A stretch of DNA of 64,000 bases. It comes from Bacteroidales bacterium (lineage in GTDB: Bacteria > Bacteroidota > Bacteroidia > Bacteroidales > FEN-979). The DNA lies in the NCBI GenBank assembly GCA_025355465.1, contig JANXZO010000027.1, positions 3,787 to 67,786 of the forward strand, written 5' to 3'. Position numbers and translations under genes: made by a program. The notes under the pieces are model-generated. The model was not told the origin of the DNA. It did no database searches and saw nothing but the letters and a program-made list of their open reading frames with translations. This document shows, in pieces, positions 17,242 to 25,612 of the stretch (the first letter of the stretch is position 1; every line of letters begins with the position of its first letter).

Positions 17242-18134
17242 GCGTTTTCGTTTAAAAGTTCAAGGAAATGTTGTTCCAGGCTGCGCTTTCTCTCCGAAAG
17301 GTGGGTGAGAACGACTCCCTGCTGGTAAAGAAACTGATTCAGTTCGCCGGGTTTAACATCTCCGTTGAAATAGACCAGGATATAATCCTCTTTCGGTTTG
17401 AAGGATGCAAATTCAGGATGGGTGGCAATCACGGCGGACAGTGAGCCCATATCCGCAGCTGCAATTTCGAACGAATCAGAGATGGCAAGAACTTCGCTTA
17501 CTTTACCGTCGAAAAGTTTAACCCCTTTACTCAGGACTGCAACATGGCTGCAGATTTTCTGCACCTCATCCAGGAGGTGAGAGGCAATGATGATGGTAGT
17601 ACCCTGTGCCGCCACGAGCAAAATCAGTTCCCTGATTTGTGCGATCCCCTGTGGATCGAGGCCGTTGGTGGGTTCATCAAAAATCAATACCTCAGGATTT
17701 CCAAGTAACGCAGAGGCGATTGCAAGACGCTGTCGCATGCCAAAGGAGAAGGTCTTGAATTTGGTATTTCTTCGTTCATAAAGGCCCGTAAGTTCCAGAA
17801 CCCGATCGATGTCGGAATGATCGAGGTCCTTTACATCGGCCACAATCTCTAAATTCCGCACAGGACTGAGATAGGGATAAAAATTGGGTGTTTCGATCAC
17901 CGACCCGATTCGTTTACGACACTCTTTTGAATTGTTTTCGCCAAACCAGCTGTAACTTCCCATGTCCGATCTAACCATATCCAGGGTAATGCTCAGTGTG
18001 GTTGATTTTCCGCTGCCGTTCGGACCCAGTATTCCAAAAATCTGGCCCCTGCTGATCTCCACAGAGAGGTCCTTAACAGCCTGGATCCTTCCGTAGCGCT
18101 TCGAAAGCTGCTTGATGGATAGTATTGTTTCCAA
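17238..18134 (-). CDS. ABC transporter ATP-binding protein
   Basis: Walker A GPNGSGKST, signature SFGMRQR (LSGGQ-like) and Walker B LIFDEPTNGLD. Confidence 0.9.
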   Translation of the reverse strand: METILSIKQLSKRYGRIQAVKDLSVEISRGQIFGILGPNGSGKSTTLSITLDMVRSDMGSYSWFGENNSKECRKRIGSVIETPNFYPYLSPVRNLEIVADVKDLDHSDIDRVLELTGLYERRNTKFKTFSFGMRQRLAIASALLGNPEVLIFDEPTNGLDPQGIAQIRELILLVAAQGTTIIIASHLLDEVQKICSHVAVLSKGVKLFDGKVSEVLAISDSFEIAAADMGSLSAVIATHPEFASFKPKEDYILVYFNGDVKPGELNQFLYQQGVVLTHLSERKRSLEQHFLELLNENA

Positions 18135-18193
18135 GATTGAAAAACTAAGTGAGTTTTGAATTATCAGATATAGACGTTAAATGTACTTCTTAG

Positions 18194-18904
18194 TTACATG
18201 CCGGAGAGTAAAAAAACGCTGGGACGTTTATTGATTTCAGGTTTCCACCTTCTCCATTCCCCAATGGTTTTAGTTGTCACAAACCCTCTTATACCAGTTA
18301 TATCCGTGGCAATACAAAGACCGGTTTCATCGCGGCAAGCCTGTAAAAGGGCTTCAAATAGTTGAATATTTCGGTAAGGGGTCTCGATGAATATCTGTGT
18401 CTGCTGCTTTTCAGTAGCCGTTCGTTCAATCTCCCTGATCTTTCTGGTACGCTCTGATCGGTCAACCGGAAGATAGCCCAGAAAGGCGAAATTTTGTCCG
18501 TTGAACCCTGAGGCCATGAGTGCCAGCAGGAGGGAAGAGGGGCCGGCAAGCGGAATCACTTTGATCCCCTGCTCATGGGCCAGTCTCACAATCTCTGAGC
18601 CCGGATCGGCAATGCAGGGGGTGCCGGCTTCCGAAAGCAGTCCGATATCGTGACCAATCAATGCCGGGGTAAGGTAGTCGCCGAACTCCTCATTCCGTGA
18701 ATGTTCATTGAAAATATCAAAGGAGAGTTCCTCCAGTGCACGGGTCACTCCGGCTTTTCTTAGAAACCTTCGTGCAGTTCGGATCTCCTCAACGATAAAA
18801 TGTTCGATACGATGAATCACTTCGAGCGTTCCTGCCGGCAAAACCTGCGCTGCCGGTTCGTCACCGAGCAGGGTCGGAATTAGAAAGAGTCTTCCATTAT
18901 GCAT
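18194..18904 (-). CDS. SAM-dependent methyltransferase of the tetrapyrrole-methylase/RsmI-like fold
   Basis: LFLIPTLLGD N-terminus and SEAGTPCIADPG motif as in RsmI-like proteins. Start set to ATG 18904 (MHNGRLFLIP), which forms an ATGCATAA overlap with the upstream stop. Confidence 0.7.
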   Translation of the reverse strand: MHNGRLFLIPTLLGDEPAAQVLPAGTLEVIHRIEHFIVEEIRTARRFLRKAGVTRALEELSFDIFNEHSRNEEFGDYLTPALIGHDIGLLSEAGTPCIADPGSEIVRLAHEQGIKVIPLAGPSSLLLALMASGFNGQNFAFLGYLPVDRSERTRKIREIERTATEKQQTQIFIETPYRNIQLFEALLQACRDETGLCIATDITGIRGFVTTKTIGEWRRWKPEINKRPSVFLLSGM

Positions 18905-19868
18905 GGCTGGTCCAGGGTAGGTGATCAATATCCGCATTTCCACCGCTGATGATAATTCCGATACGTTTTCCGGTAACATTCAGCTTCCCCTCCATAATCG
19001 CAGCCAGTGGTACAGCCGAGGAAGGCTCTGCCATGATTTTCAAGCGCTCCCAAAGGTATCGCATGGCCCTCACAATGCCGGCTTCGCTTACTGTTACAAT
19101 TTCGGAAACATGGTTGAGGATGATGGGGAAGGTTAGACTTCCGAGGGAGGTGCGAAGACCGTCAGCAATGGTATCCGGATGGATTGAGGGGACAAAGGCT
19201 TTTTGTTTGAACGACTGGTAGGCATCATCGGCCTGTGCCGGCTCTGCAGCAATGACAATGGCGTGCGGATGAAAATGATGCACAGCGAGGGCAGTTCCGC
19301 TGAGCAAGCCACCTCCGCCCACCGGTGCCATGATAATATCAATATCCTTAATCTCCTCAAGTAGCTCCAGCGTTGCGGTAGCCTGGCCGGCTATGATGTT
19401 TAAATTATTGTATGGGTGAACCTCAACGGCACCGGTCCTTGCCCTGACATCGGCCAGCGTTGATTCCCGGGCTTCCAGCGTGGGTTCACAATAGGTGATG
19501 ATCCCGCGGTAGCCTTTCACCGCCTCAGCTTTAACCTTTGAGGAGTTGGAGGGCATGACAATGTAGGCTTTTGTCTTTTTCAGCGAGGCGGCCCACGACA
19601 ATGCCTGCGCGTGGTTGCCGGAGGAATGTGTGGCGACTCCGCATGCAAGATCTTCAGGACTCAGTGACAAAATCGCATTCATCGCACCCCGGGCTTTAAA
19701 TGCCCCCACCTTCTGAAAATTTTCGCATTTAAAGTATATCTCCCCGCCAAGGAGCCTGTTCAGTCGCGTGGAGGTGAATACCGGAGTATGATTGATATAG
19801 GGCGCTATTCTTCCGGCGGCGGCCAGTATTTCAGTTGCCCCTGGAGCGGGAACATTATCAGAAGTCAT
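18897..19868 (-). CDS. PLP-dependent threonine/serine dehydratase family enzyme (serine racemase / hydroxyaspartate ammonia-lyase-like)
   Basis: PLP-lysine motif KCENFQKVGAFKARGA, the HSSGNHAQA segment and a GGGGL glycine loop. Length is 323 aa. Confidence 0.85.
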   Translation of the reverse strand: MTSDNVPAPGATEILAAAGRIAPYINHTPVFTSTRLNRLLGGEIYFKCENFQKVGAFKARGAMNAILSLSPEDLACGVATHSSGNHAQALSWAASLKKTKAYIVMPSNSSKVKAEAVKGYRGIITYCEPTLEARESTLADVRARTGAVEVHPYNNLNIIAGQATATLELLEEIKDIDIIMAPVGGGGLLSGTALAVHHFHPHAIVIAAEPAQADDAYQSFKQKAFVPSIHPDTIADGLRTSLGSLTFPIILNHVSEIVTVSEAGIVRAMRYLWERLKIMAEPSSAVPLAAIMEGKLNVTGKRIGIIISGGNADIDHLPWTSHA

Positions 19869-20332
19869 GGTTTTCCCCTTTTAGCAGCCGCCACAATCGC
19901 TTCGCAGACTGGATCGAGCTGATCATAGACTCGTTCAAATGCAGCAAGATTGTCATACCAGGGATCCCGAACAGGTGAGTTGGTCCCGGGATACTGTACA
20001 TTCATCAGATAGTCAACCTTTTCCCGGTCGGCTTCATTCCTTGCAACACGCATCACACTGTGATAATGTGAAGAATCCATGACATAAATATGGTCGAAAA
20101 GATCAAAATCAGCGACATTAAAAAGTCTTGAATGGTGCGCGGAAATATCGATCCCGTGTTTGCGTGCCACGGTTTGGGCGCGGCTGTCGGGACTGTCGCC
20201 GGCATGAAAGGATTCAAAACCGCATGAATCAACCATTCCGGAAATTTTATCGCGCCTGAATTTTTCCCTGAGGATACCTTCAGCCAGCGGAGACCGGCAG
20301 ATGTTACCCGTACAAACGAACAGTACATTCAT
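19865..20332 (-). CDS. Low-molecular-weight protein-tyrosine phosphatase
   Basis: P-loop VLFVCTGNICRSP and a C-terminal DPWY motif. Start set to ATG 20332 (MNVLFVC), which removes the overlap with dnaA. Confidence 0.88.
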   Translation of the reverse strand: MNVLFVCTGNICRSPLAEGILREKFRRDKISGMVDSCGFESFHAGDSPDSRAQTVARKHGIDISAHHSRLFNVADFDLFDHIYVMDSSHYHSVMRVARNEADREKVDYLMNVQYPGTNSPVRDPWYDNLAAFERVYDQLDPVCEAIVAAAKRGKP

Positions 20333-20351
20333 CGGGTATCGTTGTGAAGGT

Positions 20352-21788
20352 TTATAACTTAATCCGCTTGTCGAGCTCCTCAACAAACTGACGGAATTGC
20401 TTGTCGGTTTCAACAAGGTTGTTTACCGTGCGACAGGCATGAAGCACGGTTGCATGGTCTTTGTTTCCGCAGTGAAGTCCGATACTTGCAAGTGAGGCCT
20501 TGGTGTGCTTTTTGGAAAAGTACATGGAAAGCTGTCGGGCCTGAACGATCTCACGTTTCCGGGTTTTGGAATGGATCATTTCCACCGGGATGTTGAAATA
20601 ATCGCACACCACTTTCTGAATGTAATCGATCGATATTTCGCGGGATGTGTTCTTTACGAATTTATCAATCATCTGTTTCGCCAGATCCAGGGTGATCGTT
20701 TTTTTATTGAGCGATGACTGGGCAAGCAACGAGATCAGGGCACCTTCCAGCTCTCTAACGTTGGTATTGATGCTGTAAGCAAGGTATTCCACTACTTCCG
20801 AAGGGATTTCGATCCCGTCTGAATATAATTTTTTATGCAGGATAGCAATTCTTGTCTCCAGATCGGGTATCTGCAGGTCGGCTGACAACCCCCATTTGAA
20901 ACGGGAAAGTAAACGAGGTTCAATGCCTTTCATTTCCACCGGCGGTTTGTCGGAGGCAAGCACGATCTGGTTGCTTTTCTGGTGAAGATGGTTGAAAATG
21001 TGAAAGAAAACGTCCTGAGTCTTCTCCTTGCCGGCCAGGTTGTGAATGTCATCAATAATCAGCACGTCGATCATCTGGTAAAAGTGGATGAAATCATTCT
21101 GATTGTTGTTTCGAACAGAATCAATGAACTGGTTCATGAACTGGTCGGTTGTGACATATAATACAGTCTTTTCGGGAAAATTAGTTTTGACCTGTAACCC
21201 GATGGCATGGGAGAGATGCGTTTTTCCCAACCCGGTATGGCTGTATATCAGCAGTGGATTGAAAGCAGTTTTTCCGGGATTGTTGGCAACTGCAAAACCT
21301 GCAGATCTGGCAAGCCGGTTGCAATCGCCTTCTACAAAATTTTCAAAGGAGTATCCTTCGATCAACTGTGAGTTCACCTTGATCTTCTTCAACCCGGGAA
21401 TGATGAACGGGTTGGGGATCTCTTTGGACGTGCCTCGGTTAAGGTCGATCGGCATGGATACAAGTGGGTTGGCGGTTGCTTTTTTCTCGCTTGTCGGGAT
21501 ATTTATGGTATAAGGTCCCGGCTCATTATCAGAATTATCAACAATAATATTGTATTCAAGACGACCTTCATTCCCAAGTTCTTTCTTGATCGTTTTTTTT
21601 AATAGCGCAATGTAGTGTTCCTCCAGCCATTCATAGAAAAACTGACTGGGTACCTGAATAGTTAACACATGATCCTTTAACTTTATCGGCTTAATGGGGA
21701 GGAACCACGTTTTAAAGCTTTGATAGTTGATATTGTCTTTTATGACTTTGAGGCAATTTTCCCAAATTTCAATTGCGTTCTTTTCCAT
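20352..21788 (-). CDS. dnaA: Chromosomal replication initiator protein DnaA
   Basis: AAA+ Walker A HTGLGKTHL, Walker B LIIDDIH, and C-terminal domain IV (RKREIVQARQLSMYFSKKHT...DHATVLHA). Confidence 0.95.
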   Translation of the reverse strand: MEKNAIEIWENCLKVIKDNINYQSFKTWFLPIKPIKLKDHVLTIQVPSQFFYEWLEEHYIALLKKTIKKELGNEGRLEYNIIVDNSDNEPGPYTINIPTSEKKATANPLVSMPIDLNRGTSKEIPNPFIIPGLKKIKVNSQLIEGYSFENFVEGDCNRLARSAGFAVANNPGKTAFNPLLIYSHTGLGKTHLSHAIGLQVKTNFPEKTVLYVTTDQFMNQFIDSVRNNNQNDFIHFYQMIDVLIIDDIHNLAGKEKTQDVFFHIFNHLHQKSNQIVLASDKPPVEMKGIEPRLLSRFKWGLSADLQIPDLETRIAILHKKLYSDGIEIPSEVVEYLAYSINTNVRELEGALISLLAQSSLNKKTITLDLAKQMIDKFVKNTSREISIDYIQKVVCDYFNIPVEMIHSKTRKREIVQARQLSMYFSKKHTKASLASIGLHCGNKDHATVLHACRTVNNLVETDKQFRQFVEELDKRIKL

Positions 21789-22157
21789 TAATTATGTAAC
21801 CTGGAATTAGTAATTGTCTCCTATAACTAAATACCTTTAATTCAGGAAATTAGATTTTGTTCGCAAGCCAAAATGTAAAACTGAAGAGAAGTATGATTTA
21901 ATTAACAAATTTTCAAAAAAAAAGTTTAAAAAAAAAATGTTTTTGTCTTGATTTATTAAAAAAATAAGATACCAAAATCTGTTGAATGACACCTACGGTT
22001 GCATGTGCAATCATATATACTTCATGTCATCAATCTGTTGAGATGCCCAATTTTATGTTTTTTCTTTTATATTTGTAATGAATATAAATTAACTCCTCGT
22101 TGTCTATCAAACAGTTAGTGAAATCAAGGTTTTTGAAAATATTTAATCAGACTGAAT
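21789..22157. other. AT-rich intergenic region upstream of dnaA (dnaA promoter; candidate oriC/DUE)
   Basis: At 369 bp it is the longest non-coding gap in the window. It has A-runs A9 (21915-23), A10 (21928-37) and A7 (21958-64). A 10-mer AATCTGTTGA occurs at 21976-85 and again at 22032-41. Confidence 0.4.
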
Positions 22158-22793
22158 TTAAGTGTTAATGCCTGATTTTGGGTACTCCGGAGAATGAACC
22201 GATACATGTTTGAGCATACCCAGCCGTCTTCTTATCTGATCAGCCTTGCTCAGCCTGATCCCAAAATCGAGATTACAGCCCTCTTCAAACGACTGATTGA
22301 ATATCTGAGCCTGCTCTTCCTTAAGAATTCTCATCACCTCATTCATGACAGGAAACTCAAAAGTGATATTGAAATTCAGGATTACAAGTTTTTCAATGGT
22401 TTTGGCGCCTTCCAAGGCCTCCTTTGCAGCTGTTCTGTAGGCATTGATCAGCCCCGGAACACCGAGTTTGGTGCCGCCAAAGTATCGTACCACGACGATC
22501 AGCACATCTGAAAGGTCTTTCGACAATATCTGTCCGTATATTGGTTTGCCGGCTGTACCTGAAGGTTCCCCGTCATCATTGGTGCGGTAAACCTCCTTTT
22601 TGAACCCCAGCCTGTAAGCATAACAGTGATGTCGAGCATCAAAATACTCCTTCCGAATCCTCTCCAAATTCTCCTTAATTTCCACCTCGGAAGCTACCGG
22701 CAATGCAATTCCGATAAATTTACTGGCCTTTTCACGGTAAACGCCTCTTGATTCATCAGCAATTGAAAAACAGCTATCGTTTGCGCTTGTCAT
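22158..22793 (-). CDS. YigZ/IMPACT-family protein (UPF0029)
   Basis: The RHHCYAYRLG...DDGEPSGTAGKPI motif is characteristic of YigZ. Confidence 0.85.
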   Translation of the reverse strand: MTSANDSCFSIADESRGVYREKASKFIGIALPVASEVEIKENLERIRKEYFDARHHCYAYRLGFKKEVYRTNDDGEPSGTAGKPIYGQILSKDLSDVLIVVVRYFGGTKLGVPGLINAYRTAAKEALEGAKTIEKLVILNFNITFEFPVMNEVMRILKEEQAQIFNQSFEEGCNLDFGIRLSKADQIRRRLGMLKHVSVHSPEYPKSGINT

Positions 22794-22828
22794 CCTGGCG
22801 AAGTTACTTTTATTTTTAATTTAGTGGG

Positions 22829-23746
22829 ATGGAAAACGCATCCGCGAACCTTAAATCTATTGCAGCCTGTTTCAGGCTGAAACTCAGAAATCTTTATCCG
22901 GAAACTGAAATCATGCAGTTTTTCTATTTCCTTGCCGAGGAATTTTTTTCATGGAACAGAGCCGCAGTTCAACTTCATTATGAAGAGATGGTCGACACGT
23001 CGGTTGCGCGATTGTTCGACGAGGCCCTTTTAAGGTTAAGCAATGGCGAACCTATACAATATATATTAGGTAAATCCCACTTTGGCGGAATGATCTTTAA
23101 AGTAAGCCTTGATGTGCTTATTCCGCGACCGGAAACCGAGGAACTTTGCAACCTCATCAGAACGGAGAATTCAGGCAAGAAGTACCAGGAATTTTCAATT
23201 CTGGATATTGGTACTGGTTCAGGTTGTATTCCGGTGTTTTTGAAAAGAGCGTTCCCGTATGCCCGCGTAACAGCCATCGATAAGATGGAAACGGCACTTC
23301 GCATGGCTGGCGAAAACGCCATGAATAACAACACCGAGATCAGATTTCTCAAGGCTGATATACTCGATATACAATCGTGGAAAGCGCTTGGACAGTTTGA
23401 TATCATTGTAAGCAATCCGCCCTATGTGCTTGAATCAGAACGCGCCCTGATGCACCGTAATGTACTGGAATATGAGCCGTATGAGGCACTGTTCGTACCC
23501 GACCAGGACCCGCTGATATTTTATCGTCACATTGCGGATTTCTCCTGGAAATCGTTGTTGCGGCCGGGATGTATCTACTTTGAAATTAATGAAAAGTACG
23601 GAGTTGAGGTGAAATCCCTGCTTACTGCCAAGGGGTTTGAGCGGGTTGAGATTGTGAAGGATTTCAGCGGCAGGGAGCGATTTGTGAAGGCTGAATGCAG
23701 GTCGGCCATCGTTGATACATCCTATTGGTATGCTGATAAAACCTGA
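22829..23746 (+). CDS. prmC: Peptide chain release factor N5-glutamine methyltransferase
   Basis: SAM motif ILDIGTGSGCI and catalytic NPPY (IVSNPPYV). Confidence 0.9.
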   Translation: MENASANLKSIAACFRLKLRNLYPETEIMQFFYFLAEEFFSWNRAAVQLHYEEMVDTSVARLFDEALLRLSNGEPIQYILGKSHFGGMIFKVSLDVLIPRPETEELCNLIRTENSGKKYQEFSILDIGTGSGCIPVFLKRAFPYARVTAIDKMETALRMAGENAMNNNTEIRFLKADILDIQSWKALGQFDIIVSNPPYVLESERALMHRNVLEYEPYEALFVPDQDPLIFYRHIADFSWKSLLRPGCIYFEINEKYGVEVKSLLTAKGFERVEIVKDFSGRERFVKAECRSAIVDTSYWYADKT

Positions 23747-24847
23747 CTATTTCAGCAATCCCCTGAGTTCATCAAAGGTCAGGAAGAGGTTTGTTGCTCC
23801 GAATGAATGGGGAGCAATGTCATAATGGTTGTAGAAAAAAACCAGACCATCAGCCGTGAGGTAAAAATTGGCATTGGGTTTAACCTCCTCCACAAAATAA
23901 CCTGCTTCGGATAGTTTCTGGCCATCTTTGAGATTTGCCTGCTTTCTCAGTTTTTGGGTCAGCAACTGCGAGAGCCCGTCTTCACTGCCTGCCCTGATGA
24001 TATCCCGGAGCATTAATAACCTTCCGGATCTCAGATCCACAGAGTAAAAATCTTGTGTCTCCATTCCATGGGCTCCCCCCGAAAAGCCATAGCTTATAAT
24101 ATAGAATGTAAGCAGGTAGTCCTGGTTGTTGAGAATATGCATGTATTTTAACATCTCCCAGTTGTAACTGGGGCCTTGACGCATCTCGCTATACAACGAT
24201 GAATTCGTTGTCTGGTAATTTTCAAAATAGATATCCTTCATGCCGGCAATCAACGAATCGGGAGCAGGGGAGGGGTCGGTCTTTCCGAAATAGCATTGCT
24301 GGATGATTTTCCTCAGTGTATCTGAGAGGATATTGTTTCCCGACTCACCGGGTATCAACACAACCAGATCGATGCTGGCCTTTGGTGACACCGGCTTTTT
24401 TACGAGCTTCTTAACCTCTTTCACATGGTAAACGTTGAACTGAACGGATCCTTCCGGATACCTTTCAACAAATTCAAAGGGTAACGTCTCTCCTTGTTGA
24501 TTTTTCCAGGTTCCTTTTGCATGCAGATCCTTTTCAAAAGTTCCTTTTATAACCTGTACCTGATTACTGCCTTGATCCCGGAGGTTGAAAGTCAGATCAG
24601 CGCCTGTTTTGCCGAAGCAGGTGATCGGCCCGGCAGGAATTGTTTCTGCATTGCGATCTTCTCCGCGACAACTGATATCTGCATAAAGTGAATCGCCGAG
24701 TTTGACAAGGTCCATGGTGACCTGGATTTCATTGTTCAAGGTACCGGTCAGGTGAAGGTATCCCGCTACGGGAACCTGGTTTTGGCCGGAAACTTCGAAG
24801 GTGGTTAACAGGAAAAGCAAAAACACGGGGTATCTTTTTCTCATCAC
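23747..24847 (-). CDS. Secreted DUF3298/DUF4163-like (RsiV/PdaC-like) domain protein
   Basis: Signal peptide MMRKRYPVFLLFLLTTFEVSGQ. The C-terminal segments SGGAHGMETQ...LVFFYNHYDIAPHSFG are typical of DUF3298. Confidence 0.65.
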   Translation of the reverse strand: MMRKRYPVFLLFLLTTFEVSGQNQVPVAGYLHLTGTLNNEIQVTMDLVKLGDSLYADISCRGEDRNAETIPAGPITCFGKTGADLTFNLRDQGSNQVQVIKGTFEKDLHAKGTWKNQQGETLPFEFVERYPEGSVQFNVYHVKEVKKLVKKPVSPKASIDLVVLIPGESGNNILSDTLRKIIQQCYFGKTDPSPAPDSLIAGMKDIYFENYQTTNSSLYSEMRQGPSYNWEMLKYMHILNNQDYLLTFYIISYGFSGGAHGMETQDFYSVDLRSGRLLMLRDIIRAGSEDGLSQLLTQKLRKQANLKDGQKLSEAGYFVEEVKPNANFYLTADGLVFFYNHYDIAPHSFGATNLFLTFDELRGLLK

Positions 24848-24875
24848 TATATATATTGGAACACCAGCTTCCCTT

Positions 24876-25535
24876 TCATTTGCCGAAGATCACTGTTCCG
24901 ACGCGTATCATGGTACTGCCTTCTTCAATGGCAATGCGATAATCACCCGACATCCCCATCGATATTTCGCAGAAGTCTTGATCCGGATTGAAAAATTCCT
25001 TTTTAAGCCTGACATAATATTCATGAAGTGCCCGGAATTCCCTGTGTACAAGGTGTTGGTCATCCGTAAATGAGGCCATCCCCATCACACCACTGATACG
25101 AATGTTATTCAGGCCGGCAAACGCCGGTGAAGTAAGTATCGCCATCGCCTCCGGGAAATTTAACCCGAATTTGGTCTCCTCTGTCGCAATGTGAAACTGG
25201 AGCAGACAGTCGATACTCCGATTCCATTTTTCGGCCTCTCTGTTAAGTTCTGCAAGCAGCTTTATGCTGTCAATACTGTGAACCACATTAATGAAGGGTG
25301 CGATAAATTTCACTTTGTTGGTTTGAAGGTGGCCGATGAAGTGCCAGTCTATTTCACCAGGCAACAACTCTTTCTTGGCTTTCAACTCCTGCACCTTGTT
25401 TTCTCCGAAACTTAACTGGCCGGCATGCCTTGCTTCCATAATTTCCTCACCGGACCTGGTCTTCGAAACCGCAATAATGGAAACACTTTCAGGTATCTCC
25501 TGTTTGAGGCGCTTTATGTTTTCCGATATAGACAT
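24876..25535 (-). CDS. YggS-family pyridoxal-phosphate homeostasis protein
   Basis: PLP lysine in IIAVSKTRS, the HFIGHLQTNK segment, and a length of 219 aa. Confidence 0.88.
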   Translation of the reverse strand: MSISENIKRLKQEIPESVSIIAVSKTRSGEEIMEARHAGQLSFGENKVQELKAKKELLPGEIDWHFIGHLQTNKVKFIAPFINVVHSIDSIKLLAELNREAEKWNRSIDCLLQFHIATEETKFGLNFPEAMAILTSPAFAGLNNIRISGVMGMASFTDDQHLVHREFRALHEYYVRLKKEFFNPDQDFCEISMGMSGDYRIAIEEGSTMIRVGTVIFGK

Positions 25536-25555
25536 ACGTGTCGCTGTATTCTGAA

Positions 25556-25563
25556 CAAAAATA
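25556..25563 (-). promoter_or_regulatory. -7 box TATTTTTG for the yggS-like gene
   Basis: The plus-strand sequence caaaaata is the reverse complement of TATTTTTG. It lies 20 nt upstream of ATG 25535. Confidence 0.45.
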
Positions 25564-25567
25564 CGAA

Positions 25568-25598
25568 TTTGCCCTTTGCCCCGTATACCTTACCTTTG
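25568..25598 (+). promoter_or_regulatory. -33 TTTG / -7 TACCTTTG promoter for the LTA-synthase-like gene
   Basis: TTTG at 25568-71, a 19-nt spacer, then TACCTTTG at 25591-98, with ATG at 25613. It lies inside the over-extended track ORF that starts at 25538. Confidence 0.6.
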
Positions 25599-25612
25599 TG
25601 AAATATTTTCAG

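Noticed and set aside
21789-22157. Canonical DnaA boxes (TTATCCACA / TGTGGATAA) in the dnaA upstream region.
   Set aside because: My manual scan of both strands found only about 5/9 matches. I therefore report the region only as a candidate origin and not as an annotated oriC.
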